From Dipteris shenzhenensis (Eukaryota): a DNA stretch of 64,000 bases. This document shows, piece after piece, positions 34,998 to 48,684 of the stretch; within the stretch, counting starts at the first letter, position 1, and each line of letters starts with the position of its first letter. Where the stretch lies: assembly GCA_047967505.1 (NCBI GenBank), contig CM106538.1; one strand, 5' to 3'. The position numbers and the translations under genes are program-made. Below the pieces are notes generated by a model. The model worked only from the letters and a program-made list of their open reading frames with translations, did no database searches and had not been told where the DNA came from.

Positions 34998-37900
34998 TTT
35001 TTTTTTTCAAGAAAATTATTTCATTAAGTATGAAAGAAAACCGCGAGAGCAAGCTCAAATGCGGGAGTACATCATGCAATGCATGACGACAAAAAAAGCT
35101 CAAAATGAGCTAATAAAGATCCAAGGCGGAGGCTGAAAATGCCATCTCAACCCTGAAGGAGACTCAGAGAAGAAGGGAGATCCTCTCCAAACTCTGAAAA
35201 AAGTAACTCTCCTGGCTATGGCTGCTCTGGAGGATCCGTGCATGCTCGCCCAAATGGCCATCAGAGAGTGTACTGTGTCGGTCCAAATAGTGGCCATAGT
35301 CTGGGAAGGGTGAACCTGGATACTCTCCATCGCCTCTGTACATCTGGCTCTCCAAATATGCCAAGCTGCAATGCTAGCCAAAATCTCCCAAGACGCATCT
35401 ACTGGGGCATGAGCAGCTCTGAAAGGAGTGACGGGAACGTCCTGGAGGGAACACGACTCCACTGAGTGTCGATGTACAATGAAAGCTAGATCTGGATCAT
35501 GTCCCTCGCAGAACACCCGTGGGCCAGTAAGAGATAACCAAGCCACTCAACCCCAGGTCATATAGAAAAGTGTTGTATGAAAGATACTGAAAATCCCAGC
35601 AACATCTTTCTAGATCGTCCTCGCCTATCTGCACTCCCAAAGGCAATGCTGTACTGACTCAACTACCATGTGACAATGAGGACAAGTAAGGTCAGCCCCA
35701 AACCTGGATCTCCATAGGTTCCCTGGAGTCCCTCCATGAATATAAAGCCAAAAGAAAAGAGTGATCTTTCTATTCCTGAGGGATTTCCAAAGCCTACGCC
35801 AAAAGTTCTTCCGCAAAACTGTGGAAATCTGAAAACTATCCCAATGTGGCGCCTACCGTAGAGGCAGGTCTCCTCTCCCATCTAGAGCAATGCATATAAT
35901 GTGACACTCCAAGTGGCCTATCATGATCATCCAAAATCGAGTCATTCCACATTACTGGCTGTCTGTGAATTTCTTCATGAGAGTTGGGTGGAACTCTGCG
36001 AAGTGTGTTCTTGAAGCAGCCCCAAGCTTTCAGAATAGCAGCCATGAGAGAGGAAGGGGGAGATTTGAGATGGGCTGAAGTAAAGATCCATTTGCTCCTG
36101 TCTAACCAATCTCCCCCATGAGAAGGGGCACAAGATTGAATGCTGCGTGAGATAAAATCCTTCCAAGGCTCCTGTCCAGGCATCAATCCACGTACTACAA
36201 ACTTGCAGAGTAAGGCCATGCACTGCAAGTTCGGATTAATAATATTGAGACCTCCTTCTCCTGTGGGGAGAATGAGGGTCTCCTAAGCTACCGTGGCTAC
36301 AACATTTGAGTTGCCATCTAAGCCACTCCATAGGAAGTTCCTGATAGGTCTCATTAGCTGACCAATACAACCTGTAGATCTGCACCAACATGAGCAGACA
36401 AACCAGGTGGTGGCCAATAAGACCTGGTTCACAACTACGACTTTGGATGCAAGGTCAAGTCTGGGTGAACTCCAAAAGATGAGTTTCCTCTTGATACTCT
36501 CCAACACGGGAGCAAACTACTGTGCCGGAGAGATGCCCACCCCAACCCGGCATCCCAGATACCTGACGGAAACTCCCATTTGAATCCAAGTGAACCCTAT
36601 GTCAATCCCCCAGACTGGAGTGTCCTCATCATTGATCGAAAAACAATTGGATTTGTTTCAATTTATGTGTGCACCTGTCGGAATAAAAAGGGGGCTAAGG
36701 GGCAGCCCTAACGGACTGATCTGGTAATTTAAAATTTGTCCCCTCTGACTCCACCAATAAGAACCTGGTTGTGGGCTGATGTGTAGAGGGCTAACACCCC
36801 TCTGATCCATGTATCTGAGAAGCCAAAACGAGTAAGTGTGGCCTCCAAAAAGCCCCAATCTACCCTATCATAAGCTTTCTCAACATCCAAGAGTAGAATG
36901 GCCAGCCTGTGGCCATTATGCATGGCCCAATCCGAGGCCTCCCAAAATGAGAAGATGTTATCAAAGATGCTCCTGCCATGCACAGAACCTGTCTGCGTAT
37001 CATGAATAAGATCTGGTAGAAAGGGCTACAGACGAAGGCTCATAGCTTTAGCTAAGATTTTATACAAGGTACCCAGCTAGGTAATCGGTCTCCACTGAGA
37101 CACTGAATTCCTGTAACCCCTTTTTGGAATCAAATAAATGAAGCCCTTCGTAAGTGAGTCTGGCATCTCACCCGAGTCCCATACACCTTGCAGGGCTGAG
37201 GTAATGTGATTCCCAATCTGATCCCACAATGTAATAAAAAATAAGGGGGTAAGTCCATTTGAACCAGGACACTTGGCCTTGTAAAGGGCAGAGAGGGCAG
37301 TCTTGAACTCTACGTTGGTGAAGGGTGCATCAAGTGAAACAATCATATCCCCTGTCACCAACCCCGGTAAGTGCCGCCAAATAACCACTCTAGCATCATC
37401 TATGGCCTAAGTGTCAGGATCTACTGTAAGAAGGAAGGCATAGAAATCGGTGGCAACCTGCAAGACGGCATCTCGATGTGTTTGAAGAACTCCGTCTGAG
37501 TCAACAAGTTATGAGATGCTCTCCCTACTATGTCTAGGGCCAAGAGTAGAGAAGAACTGCTTGTTGATTCTGTCTCCCATCTGAGTCCAAAATGATTCTC
37601 TAGCATGAAAGACATGCTCTGCTCTTTGATCTATGAGTGACTGTTGCTAAGTCCTTGCTGCAGCAAGGTGCTCTTGAATCCAAGTATCTATAGGCCTGTT
37701 CTGCTCCTCCCTTTGCAAGGCAGCCAACTGCTGGCGAATACCTATCTCACGCCTGAGGATGTCACCCCTCCTGATACGAGCAACTGAAAGATAAAAATCA
37801 CTAATATCAGAGAGGGTTGCAGCTAAGTTTGAAGAAGAAAGCTGCCCATCCTGCAAATGAGATACCCAGGTCCTCAACACCGTCTCTGTAAGGCCCTCCT

Positions 37901-39170
37901 TTATATAAAAAGAATATGGAATCCTAACACTAGCAGAGCGGTGCCTCACATGGGGATCTGAGACCATCAAAACCACTGGAAAATGATCCGAAGTGGACAC
38001 CCCAACTGCAATGCGAACAGTACCACCTTTGTCAAGTGCCCAATCATTCACATAAAATCTGTCAATCCGTGCATGTATAGGCATCTGCAACCTCCTGTTC
38101 GACCAAGAAAACATGAGAGAATGTGGCTGAGTGTGAAAAGCATCATCGTGCCAAGCATCCCTGCCACTGTACTGGAAAAGGAAGGCATCCCACATTGCTC
38201 TCTCTAGGGAGTGAATTCCACCTTCTCTACGACCCCTTTTGTTTGAGGGCATTTCAACCATCTTGAAATTGCTTTCTATAATCCAAGCATCTGCAATATG
38301 TGACCAAGAGAGCAATTCTTTCCACAAAAGGACACGATCCCCTCTAGAATTGGGTGCATACAGGTTTAAAAGACCAACCTTATGCCCACCAATAAAAAGT
38401 AAAATCCATTGAGCTTTGAAGGGACTATGATCCTTAGTAAGGCTGCAAGCATCCAACCCCGGCTCACAATCTGGAAGGGTGGGACCCATGGATGCGAGCA
38501 AAGAGTGAAGTAGAGCTTTCAAGATCTACATCCTTTCTAAGCTGCTGCAACTTGTCTTTTGAAAAAATAATTGTCTTTGCGGCCGGTGGAAGCGGATGAG
38601 GATTGACTGAATGGGAATCTATTTGTCAATCGAGGTGAAGAAGCCGACTCAAACATGGTGAAGCTCCGTCCGACAATTCTTGCTGCGGGGGGAAGGAAGA
38701 CCTTTTTTTTCAGAAGGAAAGCTGAAGGGGAGGGTGGCTGAGGATGAGGGGGAGAGGGGGCAGAGAAGAGACAGGGCTGAGCTAGAGGAGGAGGTCTAGA
38801 ACAGAGGTCGCGGGGAGGTATAGGGGTGAGAGGGGCAGCCCGTGGGGGGGAGGGGTAGGGGGCAGAAATGAAGGTAGGGGGGGAGGGGGGGGCGAAAAAG
38901 CAGGTCGGGGAGGCGGATAGGGACAGGGAGGGGGGAGGAGATGCAGGAAGGGGAGGCGGATAGGGACAGGGAGGGAGTGGGTAACAGAAGCAGGGGGGGA
39001 TTGGTACTAGTGCCCGATCTTCATCTGGGTTTATGGAGAATTCTGTAATCCTACATGGAGATAAACTTAGAGAGGGAGGTGGGGAGGCTGAGGGAGGTGG
39101 AGAGGCTGAGAGAGGGGGCAGCAATTGGAAGGGGAGAGGCCGAGAGGGGGCAGCAAGGAATCTTGAGATT
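34998..39170 (-). mobile_element. L1-like LINE family A copy with disabled EN-RT and most of ORF1 deleted
   Basis: Poly-T 34998-35007; C-terminus WHFQPPPWIFISSF; CPHCH; RT motifs WRPIT and LLLDVEKAYDRVDW; EN motifs NLYAPN, ARIDRFY, SDHFPV; C-rich 5'UTR. TSD not found. Confidence 0.9.
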
Positions 39171-39260
39171 TCCATGTGCTAGTCACTACCTCTATCTCTA
39201 CCTTGAGAGCATCATCGTACATTACCTCTATCTCAGTTGCAATAGCAAACGTCTATGTCT

Positions 39261-40164
39261 TTTTTTTTTTTTTCAAGAAAATTACTTCATTAAGTATGAA
39301 AGAAAACCCCGAGAGCAAGCTCAAATGCTGGAGTACATCATGCAATGCCTGAGGAAAAAAAACAGCTCAAAATGAGTCAATGAAGATCCAAGGCGGAGGC
39401 TGATATGCCATCTCAACCCTGAAGGAGACTCAGAGAAGAAGGGAGATCCTCTCCAAACTCTGACAAAAGTAACTCTCTTGGCTGTGGCTGCTCTAGAGGA
39501 TTCCTGCATGCTCGCCCAAATGGCCATCAGAGTGTGTACCGTGTCGGTCCAAAATACTGGCCATAGTCTGGGAAGGGTGAGAACTTGGATACTCTCCATC
39601 GCCTCTGTACATCTGGCTCTCCAAATATGCCAAGCTGCAATGCTAGCTAAAATCTCCCAAGACGTGTCTACTGAGGCATGAGCAACTTTGAAAGGAGTGA
39701 AGGGAACACGACTCCACTGAGTGTTGCCGTGCAATGAAATCTGGATCTGGATCATGTACCTCGAAGAACACTTGTGGGCCAGTAAGAGATAACCAAGCCA
39801 CTGAACCCTAGGTCATAAAGAAAGTTATTGTATGAAAGATACTGAAAATCCTAGCAACATCTTTCCAGATCGTCCTCGCTTGTATGCACTCCCAAAGGCA
39901 ATGCTGTACTGACTCAACTGCCATATGACAACGAGGACAAGTAGGGTCAGCCCCGAACTTGGATCTCCATAGGTTCATTGCAATCCCTCCATGAATAGAA
40001 AACCAAAAGAAAAGAGTGATCTTACTATTCTTGAGGGATTTCGAGAGCCTAGGCCAAAAGTTTTTCCGCACAACTACGAAAATCTGAAAACTATCCCAAT
40101 GTGGCGCTTTGGAGGGCCTCCAACCTCTATTGCTGAGCTGAAATCTCCGGGCATTTCTGACTGT
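39261..40164 (-). mobile_element. 5'-truncated LINE family A copy with TSD
   Basis: Poly-T from ~39260; TSD aaac(g/c)tctatgtct at 39247-39260 and 40165-40178. Confidence 0.88.
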
Positions 40165-40529
40165 AAACCTCTATGTCTTAGCTCTAACATCCTAACATTT
40201 GTGTCTCCTTAGTCAATTCAAACTCAAAATTCCTGTCAATATTGGTATGTGTGAGTGGGGAGGGGTGAAGGGGGGGGAGGGCAAGTGCATGATTAAACAA
40301 AGGGGGAGGGGAGAGGATTGGGACATGAAAGAAAAGAAAGAAAGAACGAAAGTCGATTAACGTCCACGGGAGACCAAGAGGTCTATGGGACAACATGAAA
40401 GCCATCTAGTACATCAGCTTAGGGAGGGCGCAGGGCAGCTCCCAAGGAGTGCAAAAGCAGCTCCATTTATTTAGAGAGTACCTATATTGTAGCCTAGATA
40501 AAACATACACACACATATATAGTTGGCCT

Positions 40530-41416
40530 TACATCAGTTTAAGATTGAGAGTCTTTTGGTTTTGATTTAAACTGTCTAATGGGTAGACTGCCCATTTACC
40601 ATCCTTCCTGGCAGCCCGAACCTTTGCTAATTCCTTTGCCTTATCCTTCAGTTGAGCCGTGGTGAGTTCCTCGGCTATCCATATCTTTGTCCCTTTCAGC
40701 TTGTGAGATTGTCGGAGAACTTTTATACGTATGTCTCGTGAGTTGAACGTAATGATAGCATGGCCATTACGTTGACCGATATGAACTACTCAAGCTTCAC
40801 CGTCATCATCTGGGTTGTCAGGATTGTCATCGGCATCTGCTGTCCAGTCAACAGTAGGCATGGCTGTTTGGACATGTGCTAAGGTATCACTAAAAGATTC
40901 ATCTTCTTTATACCATCCATCTGGAAGCCCCCCAATTCTGATTTTGAAAGCATTATCCTTTCTAGCTGCATGTTCTTTAATCTATTCCTGAATATCAGCT
41001 TTGTTGACCTTTGCATCAAACTCCATAGTCACTTCTTGCTTGGCTGTCTGCATTTCAGTATGAACTAGATTCTTGACTGCAGAGACTAGTTGGGGGGTAG
41101 GGGGGGAAGCATTGCATGACTTTATAACCTCGTCAATGACTTCCTTCTTACCAGGTCCTTTCAAGACTTGAATTCTAGCTATGGCATCTGTTAGCTGCAT
41201 CCTCAGCTCTCTCACTTGATCCTGTAGGAAGTAAATTTGCTCATGATATCCAAGAGTTGGTCGGTCAAAAAGACCACCTCATTCATATATATGTGCATAT
41301 GGGGAAGGCGTCCTGGCTGCCACTGTGGAGTATCTGGCTTTGTTATTGGAGGTTGCTGGAGTTGAAGGGGTTTTTGAAGAGGAGGAAGGTAGGTTGGGCC
41401 ATGCTTTGCTCGCCAT
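40530..41416 (-). pseudogene. Orphan coiled-coil/RRM/CTD protein resembling L1 ORF1p (Transposase_22-like), three internal stops
   Basis: Read-through translation MASKAWP...QDQVRELRMQL...ARKDNAFKIRIGGLP...AIITFNSRDIRIKVLRQSHKLKGTKIWIAEELTTAQLK...ARKDGKWAVY. Confidence 0.65.
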
Positions 41417-41519
41417 ATCTCTTGTTACCCCTTGGCTGAGCTAAACCCCTAGTTGGGCTGGGGGTTCAGCCTAGCTAGGGGTTCCTAATTCAAGAGCTTG
41501 CTACAACCAGCTAGTGGAG

Positions 41520-41715
41520 CAGGGAGCAGAAGCGGAACGGGAGCAAGAGGTACGGGTGTACGGGTACGGACGGGAGTGGGAGCAGGAGTAGGTACGGACG
41601 GGAGCGGGTGCGGGTACGGACGGGAGCAGGTACGGACGTGAGCGGGACGGGAGCATGTACAGGTACGAACTGGAGCGAGAGTAGGAGCAGGTACGGACGG
41701 GAGCGGGAGCAGATA
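41520..41715. repeat. Degenerate short tandem repeat (ggtacggacgggagc-like) upstream of the orphan ORF1
   Basis: Direct reading. Confidence 0.8.
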
Positions 41716-42543
41716 CTGTGGTTAGAGGAGCATTAAGTGGAAGACAGGGAGGCTATTCCTTGGCATCAGTACCATGGTGCCATTGGAAGAGTGGTATCTC
41801 TCCTTGTATGGGAGAGAGAACAATAAATAGGGAAAGGCCACCTTATGGTACACAAACTCGGGTGGTGGGCAAGCACATATGGCTGTCTACCTAGTTGTCC
41901 TTTTGAACGTGTGGTGAAGGTTGCGATGAAGTCCACGATCGACGGCTCCGAGTGCAGCATCGCTGGAAAAAATCAGGCACACAAATGGACATAGCGACCA
42001 TAGGTTAATTCACATTACAAATTAAATTAAGGACATACATGAAGCCTTAAGAAGGGTTAACCTGGCGAGGTGTTTGAATTAAGTGAAAACAAATAGGAGA
42101 GAACCGAGCAAACCCCTCTGTTATTTGATCTATGTTGATAGTGTTATGTTGATTTATTTCTTTGTAATAGCACTATGTGCTATCTATGCCTTTGTTTTTG
42201 GATTTCATGAGATGGTGTTTATTTACTCACATAGGTCTTTATGCATAAGCATAAGCAATGAATCTACTACTCCCTTTACAGAGATCTTTATCCTTAACAC
42301 AATTACCTGTTGAAACCTCGTCATCCTATGTGTAGACATTGAAATATCTGATAGAGAAGCATTAGCTCTTCCTTAGCACTTGATTCCATATAAGAAAGTA
42401 CATTTGCAAGGGGATCCACAAAAGCTTTGTGCACCTTACATTGCTAATGTCAGTTGTTCTATTTCTATATGCTAGTTTTTTCCTTCTTGTTTTAATTTAA
42501 AATTCACTACTTTTCTGGTGTGCTTGTGTTGGGGGGACTACAG

Positions 42544-42609
42544 TGTCCTCTACTGAATGTGAGCTATTGCCAACCCTCAGAAGCTAACAAAGAAACAAAT
42601 CAGAGCCTG
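42544..42609 (+). CDS. alpha-mannosidase exon (CPLLNVSYCQPSEANKETNQSL)
   Basis: tacag| ... CTG|gtgag; CPLLN.SYC motif. Confidence 0.92.
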
Positions 42610-42761
42610 GTGAGATAGTTTTTGGCCCAGTTTATTGTTTTCATTATAGCACTGTCCCCACAGACTCATACCTATTGAAGCTCTATGATCATGTTATTGA
42701 ATTGACTATGCATATTTTAGTAGTCTTGATTCCAACAATGTGTATAGTGATTTTATATCAG

Positions 42762-42818
42762 GTGGTGCTTGCATACAATTCCCTCGGATGGAATCGCACA
42801 GAATACATCCGCATTCCG
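42762..42818 (+). CDS. alpha-mannosidase exon (VVLAYNSLGWNRTEYIRIP)
   Basis: atcag| ... CCG|gtcag; YNSLGW.R motif. Confidence 0.92.
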
Positions 42819-43454
42819 GTCAGCAAGTCTCTCTTTACCTAAACCCTTTTTCTCATTTTGAAGTAGTTGTAGTAATCAATCTGAAGGAATGGGCTGTTTT
42901 GTCCTTACTTGCATGGATGGAAATCCAATAAGTTGTGTGCTTTGGATGTTTATTGCATTCTTATAAATAAATAGTGTTACAGACAGTCATCAGAGGTATA
43001 GCAGCTTTTAGTAAGTTGGATTTACAGAAATGAAATTGTAATTTCCTCACATGAAAGAAACAAGAAATAGGAGTGGAGTGGAAATTTGCATGCTATGCAA
43101 GTGCATCACATTACATGCCATGCTTGAGTTGGTGGAAGGTCACAGGCTTAACTCTGTTATACAGTTGGTGGAAGTTTATAGGGTTACCTCTGTTATAGAG
43201 CTTATTTATTGGAAATTGCAAACCTGTTGTCTTGTGCAAGTACATGACTTTTGCATGCCATGGGGGGGTTGGTGGAAGGTTACTTGCTTACCTCTGTTAT
43301 AGAGCTTATGAAACGGAGTGAGTGAGCCAGTTGACTAGGGAGCTTATGCACATCGGGGACAGTTTAAGCATATAAATACTACTATTTTCAGTCCAATAAT
43401 CAAGTCAAGCAAGTGTCTGCTAAAATATCTGTTATGTTATGTGTGGCTATTTTG

Positions 43455-43700
43455 TGAGGCTGCAGCATTGGAAACGAATAGAAAAGTTCATGATACGTCA
43501 AAGCACATTGATACTCGCTACCATTTCATACGAGATCAGGTGGAGGAAGGGGCTATTTTGTCAGTTGATTGCTTATTTGAGGACCAAATAGAAGATTTGT
43601 ACACAAAATACTTGACTCATGAGAAGTTTAAAAATTTTAAGTCCTACCTATCTCTTTGTGACCTAGAGACCACCCAATGACGAGTGCTAAAGTATATGGG
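43455..43700 (+). mobile_element. Copia RNaseH C-terminal remnant
   Basis: SKHIDTRYHFIRDQV...DQIEDLYTKYL (ORF 43441..43680). Confidence 0.8.
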
Positions 43701-45438
43701 TCATTGGGCTGGTATCACCAATGTATATATGATTGGATATATGTTCATATGAGGTATACATGGGTAGATGGTTAGGATAGGACCATAGAGTTCTATAGAG
43801 GGATCCTAAGTCCCTATGTGAATAGTCCTTATGGACTTAGTGCAACCCACCTAGGGCTCAAATGGGGTTACAGCTATCCAAGGAATAAACCTTTGTAGTT
43901 TGGGAGTAAATCTAGTTGAGCGATAACATTGTAGAAATGTGTATTGTACAACTTCCATGCATGTTGAGGGATTGCTCCCTTAAAGGAAATGGATCTTCTT
44001 AAAAACCTGAGGTTAAGTTTTCGCTGTGTATCAAACTTGGAAAATTGGAATACGGTACAAAGGGCTATTTGGGTGAGAGATTTGAAAGGGATGTTGAGAG
44101 TGAGCCTCCTATAGGCTGGTATGTAATGGGAGAAATACAAAAATGAATGAAGTGCATGGGGGCATCTCATGGCTCACACACTGCAGGTGTAGCATAAGTT
44201 AGGACATCAATGTGGTCGGACTTCTTTCACATTCCCAATGGCCTGCATATATGTAGGTGCCCGTGACATGGACACATGGCACCTCTCTGCACGGGTGGGT
44301 TACAATAGAAACATCCCTGACCACATGACGACAGGCGTTGACCACATGACGACAGGTGTTGACCACATGTTGACCATGTGTCAACACATGTCAGCCACAT
44401 GACACGAGGAGTTGACCACACGGGTTCATCTAGGCGTATTATCCGAGGCAACCATGCGTCGACACATGTCAACCACAGGTTGACACATGTCAACCACAGG
44501 TCAACTAGAAGTATCATGCCCAAGGTGATCTCATTGAGAGCTGCGCACATGGAGAGTGAGCTTAGCACATGGAGCAGTCAAGAGTATTTACAGTTACACA
44601 GTGGTTCAGTGGTGCGGTGATCCAACTCACTTGCACATGGAGAATTTACACCATCCTGAGCAGAAGAGGCTAGCGAGTTAGGAAGTCAGGAAGTCGTTGT
44701 ACCCATCGAGAGATCCAGTGGTCCAACGGCTATCCTCAACAGCTAAGGAGATAAGAGGATGACCAATGGGAAGAAAGGGGGAGATTCTCAACGAAGAAAG
44801 GGACCCTTCAAGGCGGGGGATGAGGATGAAGGTGAAGGTGGAGAGGGGAGGGGACATTCAGCATTGAGCATTTGGAGTTCGGTACTGGAGCGGGAGAAAG
44901 GAGAGTGTGAGGAGAGATAGAGGCTGGAGCTATGAGCTTGCCAAGGAGAGAGTGTGGAGAGACGTGTGTGTACCCTTTGTCTACTATGGGATAGACCTAT
45001 GTGTTCTTGTGACTTGCGACTTGTGACCTGTAGACGTTGGTCCAATGATATGTACTTTGGCCATCTTGGTCACTTTCTCATTTTTCTTGTCTCTTCCCAA
45101 TATGGGGATTGTTCACTAGTGTATGATGAGATTTTCTTATTCTGCTTATGTTGTGGAGTTCTCATGTGATTGTCATTTAGCATAGTGCACTTGTACGTCG
45201 TTGTTCACTACAGTACAACATACGACCCTCGCACACCACCGGTGCACTCTGCTCGATCCATTGCAGTAGAGCATTGCAACACTCATGCTTCTCATGCCAA
45301 CGGCCTTTGGCCTCCGGTAACACCTCTAGAAGGATAGGAACCCCTCCCCTCAAACAGTTTATGGTGATCACGGTGGGACACTGTTGGTGTTGAGTAGCAC
45401 AAGTGAAGTGGTGATCTAGGGTCCTAGAGAGAGGTCTT

Positions 45439-47381
45439 ATGCCGAGTAGTTATGAAACATTTGAAGGAGCTAGTGAGAGAACTAGGAGGTACTTGAGGAG
45501 AGTGGAGAAAAGACTTCCGGCAGACCAAACTCGGTACAAGAGGCATTACGTGCGACGTAAGTTTGCGAAGTCCTCAACTCGAGCACAAAGTGAGCCCATT
45601 GGAGCAATAGCTAGAGCAAGTAACTTCATCGACACTCTCATTGACTTGGATCAACAGGAACCCTAGTGGTCAGATCCGGACTCTGGAGAAGAAGAAGTAC
45701 AAAGCGGAGAACAGGTGAAAGAAGAGGGTACGAAGGATGAGGGCTGCTGAGGGGACTCATCTGCTCTCGCCTCGACCTCTGCTGGACAAGCTGCTACCTC
45801 ATCTGTTATGCATAGCTCCAGGCTCCTAGCTAATCTTTCTTCCACGTCTATCCCACTCGGGGGTACTTTTGCTCCGGCCATGCCTTTACCTGCCATGATG
45901 GTTTCATCTCCCTTTCCATCCACACCGGTGCTGCCTTTTCCACCACCTCCTTCCTTTCCTACTGCCTACTCATCCATGACTTCAACTCCGTCTCTCTTTC
46001 CCAGATGCTCTCCCATCCTCTTTAACCCCCACATCTTCTATGTTCTCACCCTTTCGCTCTACAACACCGAGAGCCTCTGCGTATGCACTACCATCTGTGT
46101 ACACTTCCTCTTGTACACTTCCTCTATGGCTACATCAGTAGTGACTTCCCCATTGTGGTCCTCCACAGGATACTCCACAGGAGGTGTTGTCGGTGTGGTC
46201 TCCTCCTCTGGGGCACTCACACTCATTCGGCCCCATCAGGACTCCCTCCAATTCTTGCATTTGGTTCAGCCTCTCGGGTGGGGATGGCCATTCTCAGTCC
46301 TACAGACAGAGCTAGACTTCTCGAGCTACTCAACAAGGTCCACGTGAAGACTCAAAAGTTCAAAGGCCACCTCCATGAGGATGTAGAAGCTCAGGTGAGG
46401 AAATTCCTCACAGCATGTAAAGCTAAAGATGTGGAGAATGAGCATGCGTTCCTTCACATCTTCCCCTCGCCATTGGAGGATGCCGCGGATGTATGGTACA
46501 GTCAATTTCCCCCTGACCACTTCGAGATGTGGATAGAACTAATGGAGGAATTCTTACGCACTTTCAAGTTGGAAAAATTCGAACACATGATTGTCCAAGA
46601 GTTATCCACTGACACCATGAAGCCTGGAGAAAGCATCTCTGAGATGTACACAAGGATGAGGGTCTTGGGGGCAATGATGTCTGTGCCACCTAATGATGCT
46701 GTCATGAGGGATGGTTTTTGAAAGCATTACCCCCTACCATTGCTATAAGGCTGGTTGATAAACTCCCTGAACATGCCTCACTTCAAGACTTCCTAAAAGT
46801 AGCTGTCAAGATGGAACGGTCACAACTAAGTTTTGCCCCATCAACGACTACGACTACCCAACTCCCAAGACAGGAGGGATCATCTGCATGGCAGCAACTC
46901 AAGAAGGAGCTAGAAGAAATCAAAGAAGGCTTGAAAGATAGAATAAAGGTGGATGGTCAGTCGTCCTTTGAGGCCTAGATTCGAAGCACAAAATGCAAGG
47001 GTTCTAACCATGGTTACAGGGAGTGCCCCTCCCAAGCGTAAGGTACCTACTTCTACCTCATTTTGTACATTTTGTGAGATCCATGGTGATGATGCCTCTG
47101 AGTGTAAGTACCTCAAAGGAGTAAGGAAGCTTCTTCTAGAGTATATCTCGGGGGAACCTCTAATTGCTGTAGTCAATAGAACGGTACCCATAACTTCTAG
47201 CCTAGCACCAGTACCTCCTGCTTCCCCTCTTGCACGAGCATCTGAGCCACCTCCTGCTCCTGTCATGCCACCTCCATTGCTTCCGACTCTCCCTTTTCTC
47301 CAAGCTCCTATGCCCAATTCAATTGGTGCCCCTTATCTCTATCCTCAGCCTTACTATGCACCGTACCAACCACCTATGTAA
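45439..47381 (+). pseudogene. Degenerate Retrotrans_gag-type Gag with knuckle-like motif
   Basis: FPSPLEDAADVWY...W.EL.EEFL..F, MKPGESISEMY.R, F*KALP, CTFCEIHGDDASEC; stops and frameshifts. Confidence 0.8.
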
Positions 47382-48478
47382 GGGATGTTGCAGCGAGGGT
47401 GGCTTGGGAGACCATTATTCTCCCTACATGTGAGCGGGCTTGCAGTGTAGACCATGGAGCGGGCTTGTAGTGGTACTTAGACCCCGACCCTCTGCTCTTG
47501 GCCCTAGGATCTTGGAGGTTGTGGTTATATGCAGGTGCACCTATCAAGTGCTTGCAGGGGGACCCAGGAGAGTGGGAGTGGATAGATCATGGGCACCGAG
47601 AGAGGGGGATTCCCTTCTTTCGTTTCACGGTTGGTAATGCCAGGAGAAATCCCTCAGAAATAGAAAGATCACTCTTTTCTTTTGGCTTTCTATTCATAGA
47701 GGGATTGCAGTGAACCTGTGGAGATCACGATTTGGGGCTGATCCCACTTGCCCTCGCTGTCATTCTGCAGAGGAGTCAATGCGACATTGCCTTTGGGACT
47801 GCACTCAGGCGAGGATTGTTTGGAAAGGGGTTGCTCGGATACTCAGCATTTTTCATGCTTCATTGGACACCTCTTGGGAGATTTTGGCTAGCATTTCCTC
47901 CTGGCACATTTGGAGAGCCAGGTGTACAGAGGGCTTGGATGGCACCCAGATACACCCATCATTTGGACTGACACGGTTCACACTTTGATAGCCATATGGG
48001 CTAGCATGCAGGGCCCTTTGGGACTGCACTCAGGCGAGGATTGTTTGGAAAGGGGTTGCTCGGATACTCAGCATTTTTCATGCTTCATTGGACACCTCTT
48101 GGGAGATTTTGGCTAGCATTTCCTCCTGGCACATTTGGAGAGCCAGGTGTACAGAGGGCTTGGATGGCACCCAGATACACCCATCACAGGTGTTCACGGG
48201 TATTTGGACTGACACGGTTCACACTTTGATAGCCATATGGGCTAGCATGCAGGGCCCTTCATGGGCAGCCTCTTCTAGAAGGCTGTATTTCTTCGAGTTT
48301 GGAGGGGTTCTCTGCATTTCTCGGAGGTTTCTACCATATTGAGATGGTAGCATCAGCCCCAATTCTTTCTTTTTGGCTCTTGAGCTTTTCATGCATTGCC
48401 TGGTGTATCGCGTATGGAGCTTGCTCTAACGGTTTTCTTTAATACTTAATAGAAGTCTTGTTTTGCAAAAAAATAAAA
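47382..48478 (+). mobile_element. Internally deleted LINE family A 3' fragment with ~225-bp tandem duplication, lying where pol should be
   Basis: VAWETIILP, DPGEWEWID, CPRCH; duplicated block ~47790-48015 / 48015-48259; A-tail at 48466-48478. Confidence 0.85.
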
Positions 48479-48684
48479 GTTTGTAAGTGGTTGGACATGC
48501 CTATTTTTCATTGCCAAGCTTATCCCAAGTGGCGGAGTCTACTTGGCCACTTTGGAAGGCAGACTCCTACCAGCACCAGTGAATGGGTCACGCATCAAGA
48601 GGTACCATGATCAATGAGGAAACACCCTCCTAGTCCTTGTATTTACACTCTTGCCTTCTCCTTTCCTAGTGACATCTTCTCCTT

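Larger units (their letters stand above)
2629..42818 (+). other. Span of visible exons of a GH38 alpha-mannosidase gene (5' and 3' exons outside window)
   Basis: Twelve exons join in frame (1230 nt) with AG acceptors and GT donors (one GC). The product has the GH38 motifs [54 protein letters not shown] and YNSLGW. Confidence 0.95.

Noticed and set aside
43128-43310. Three ~35-bp repeats (ttggtggaag...ctctgttata)
   Set aside because: Short local duplications with no further structure or identifiable function
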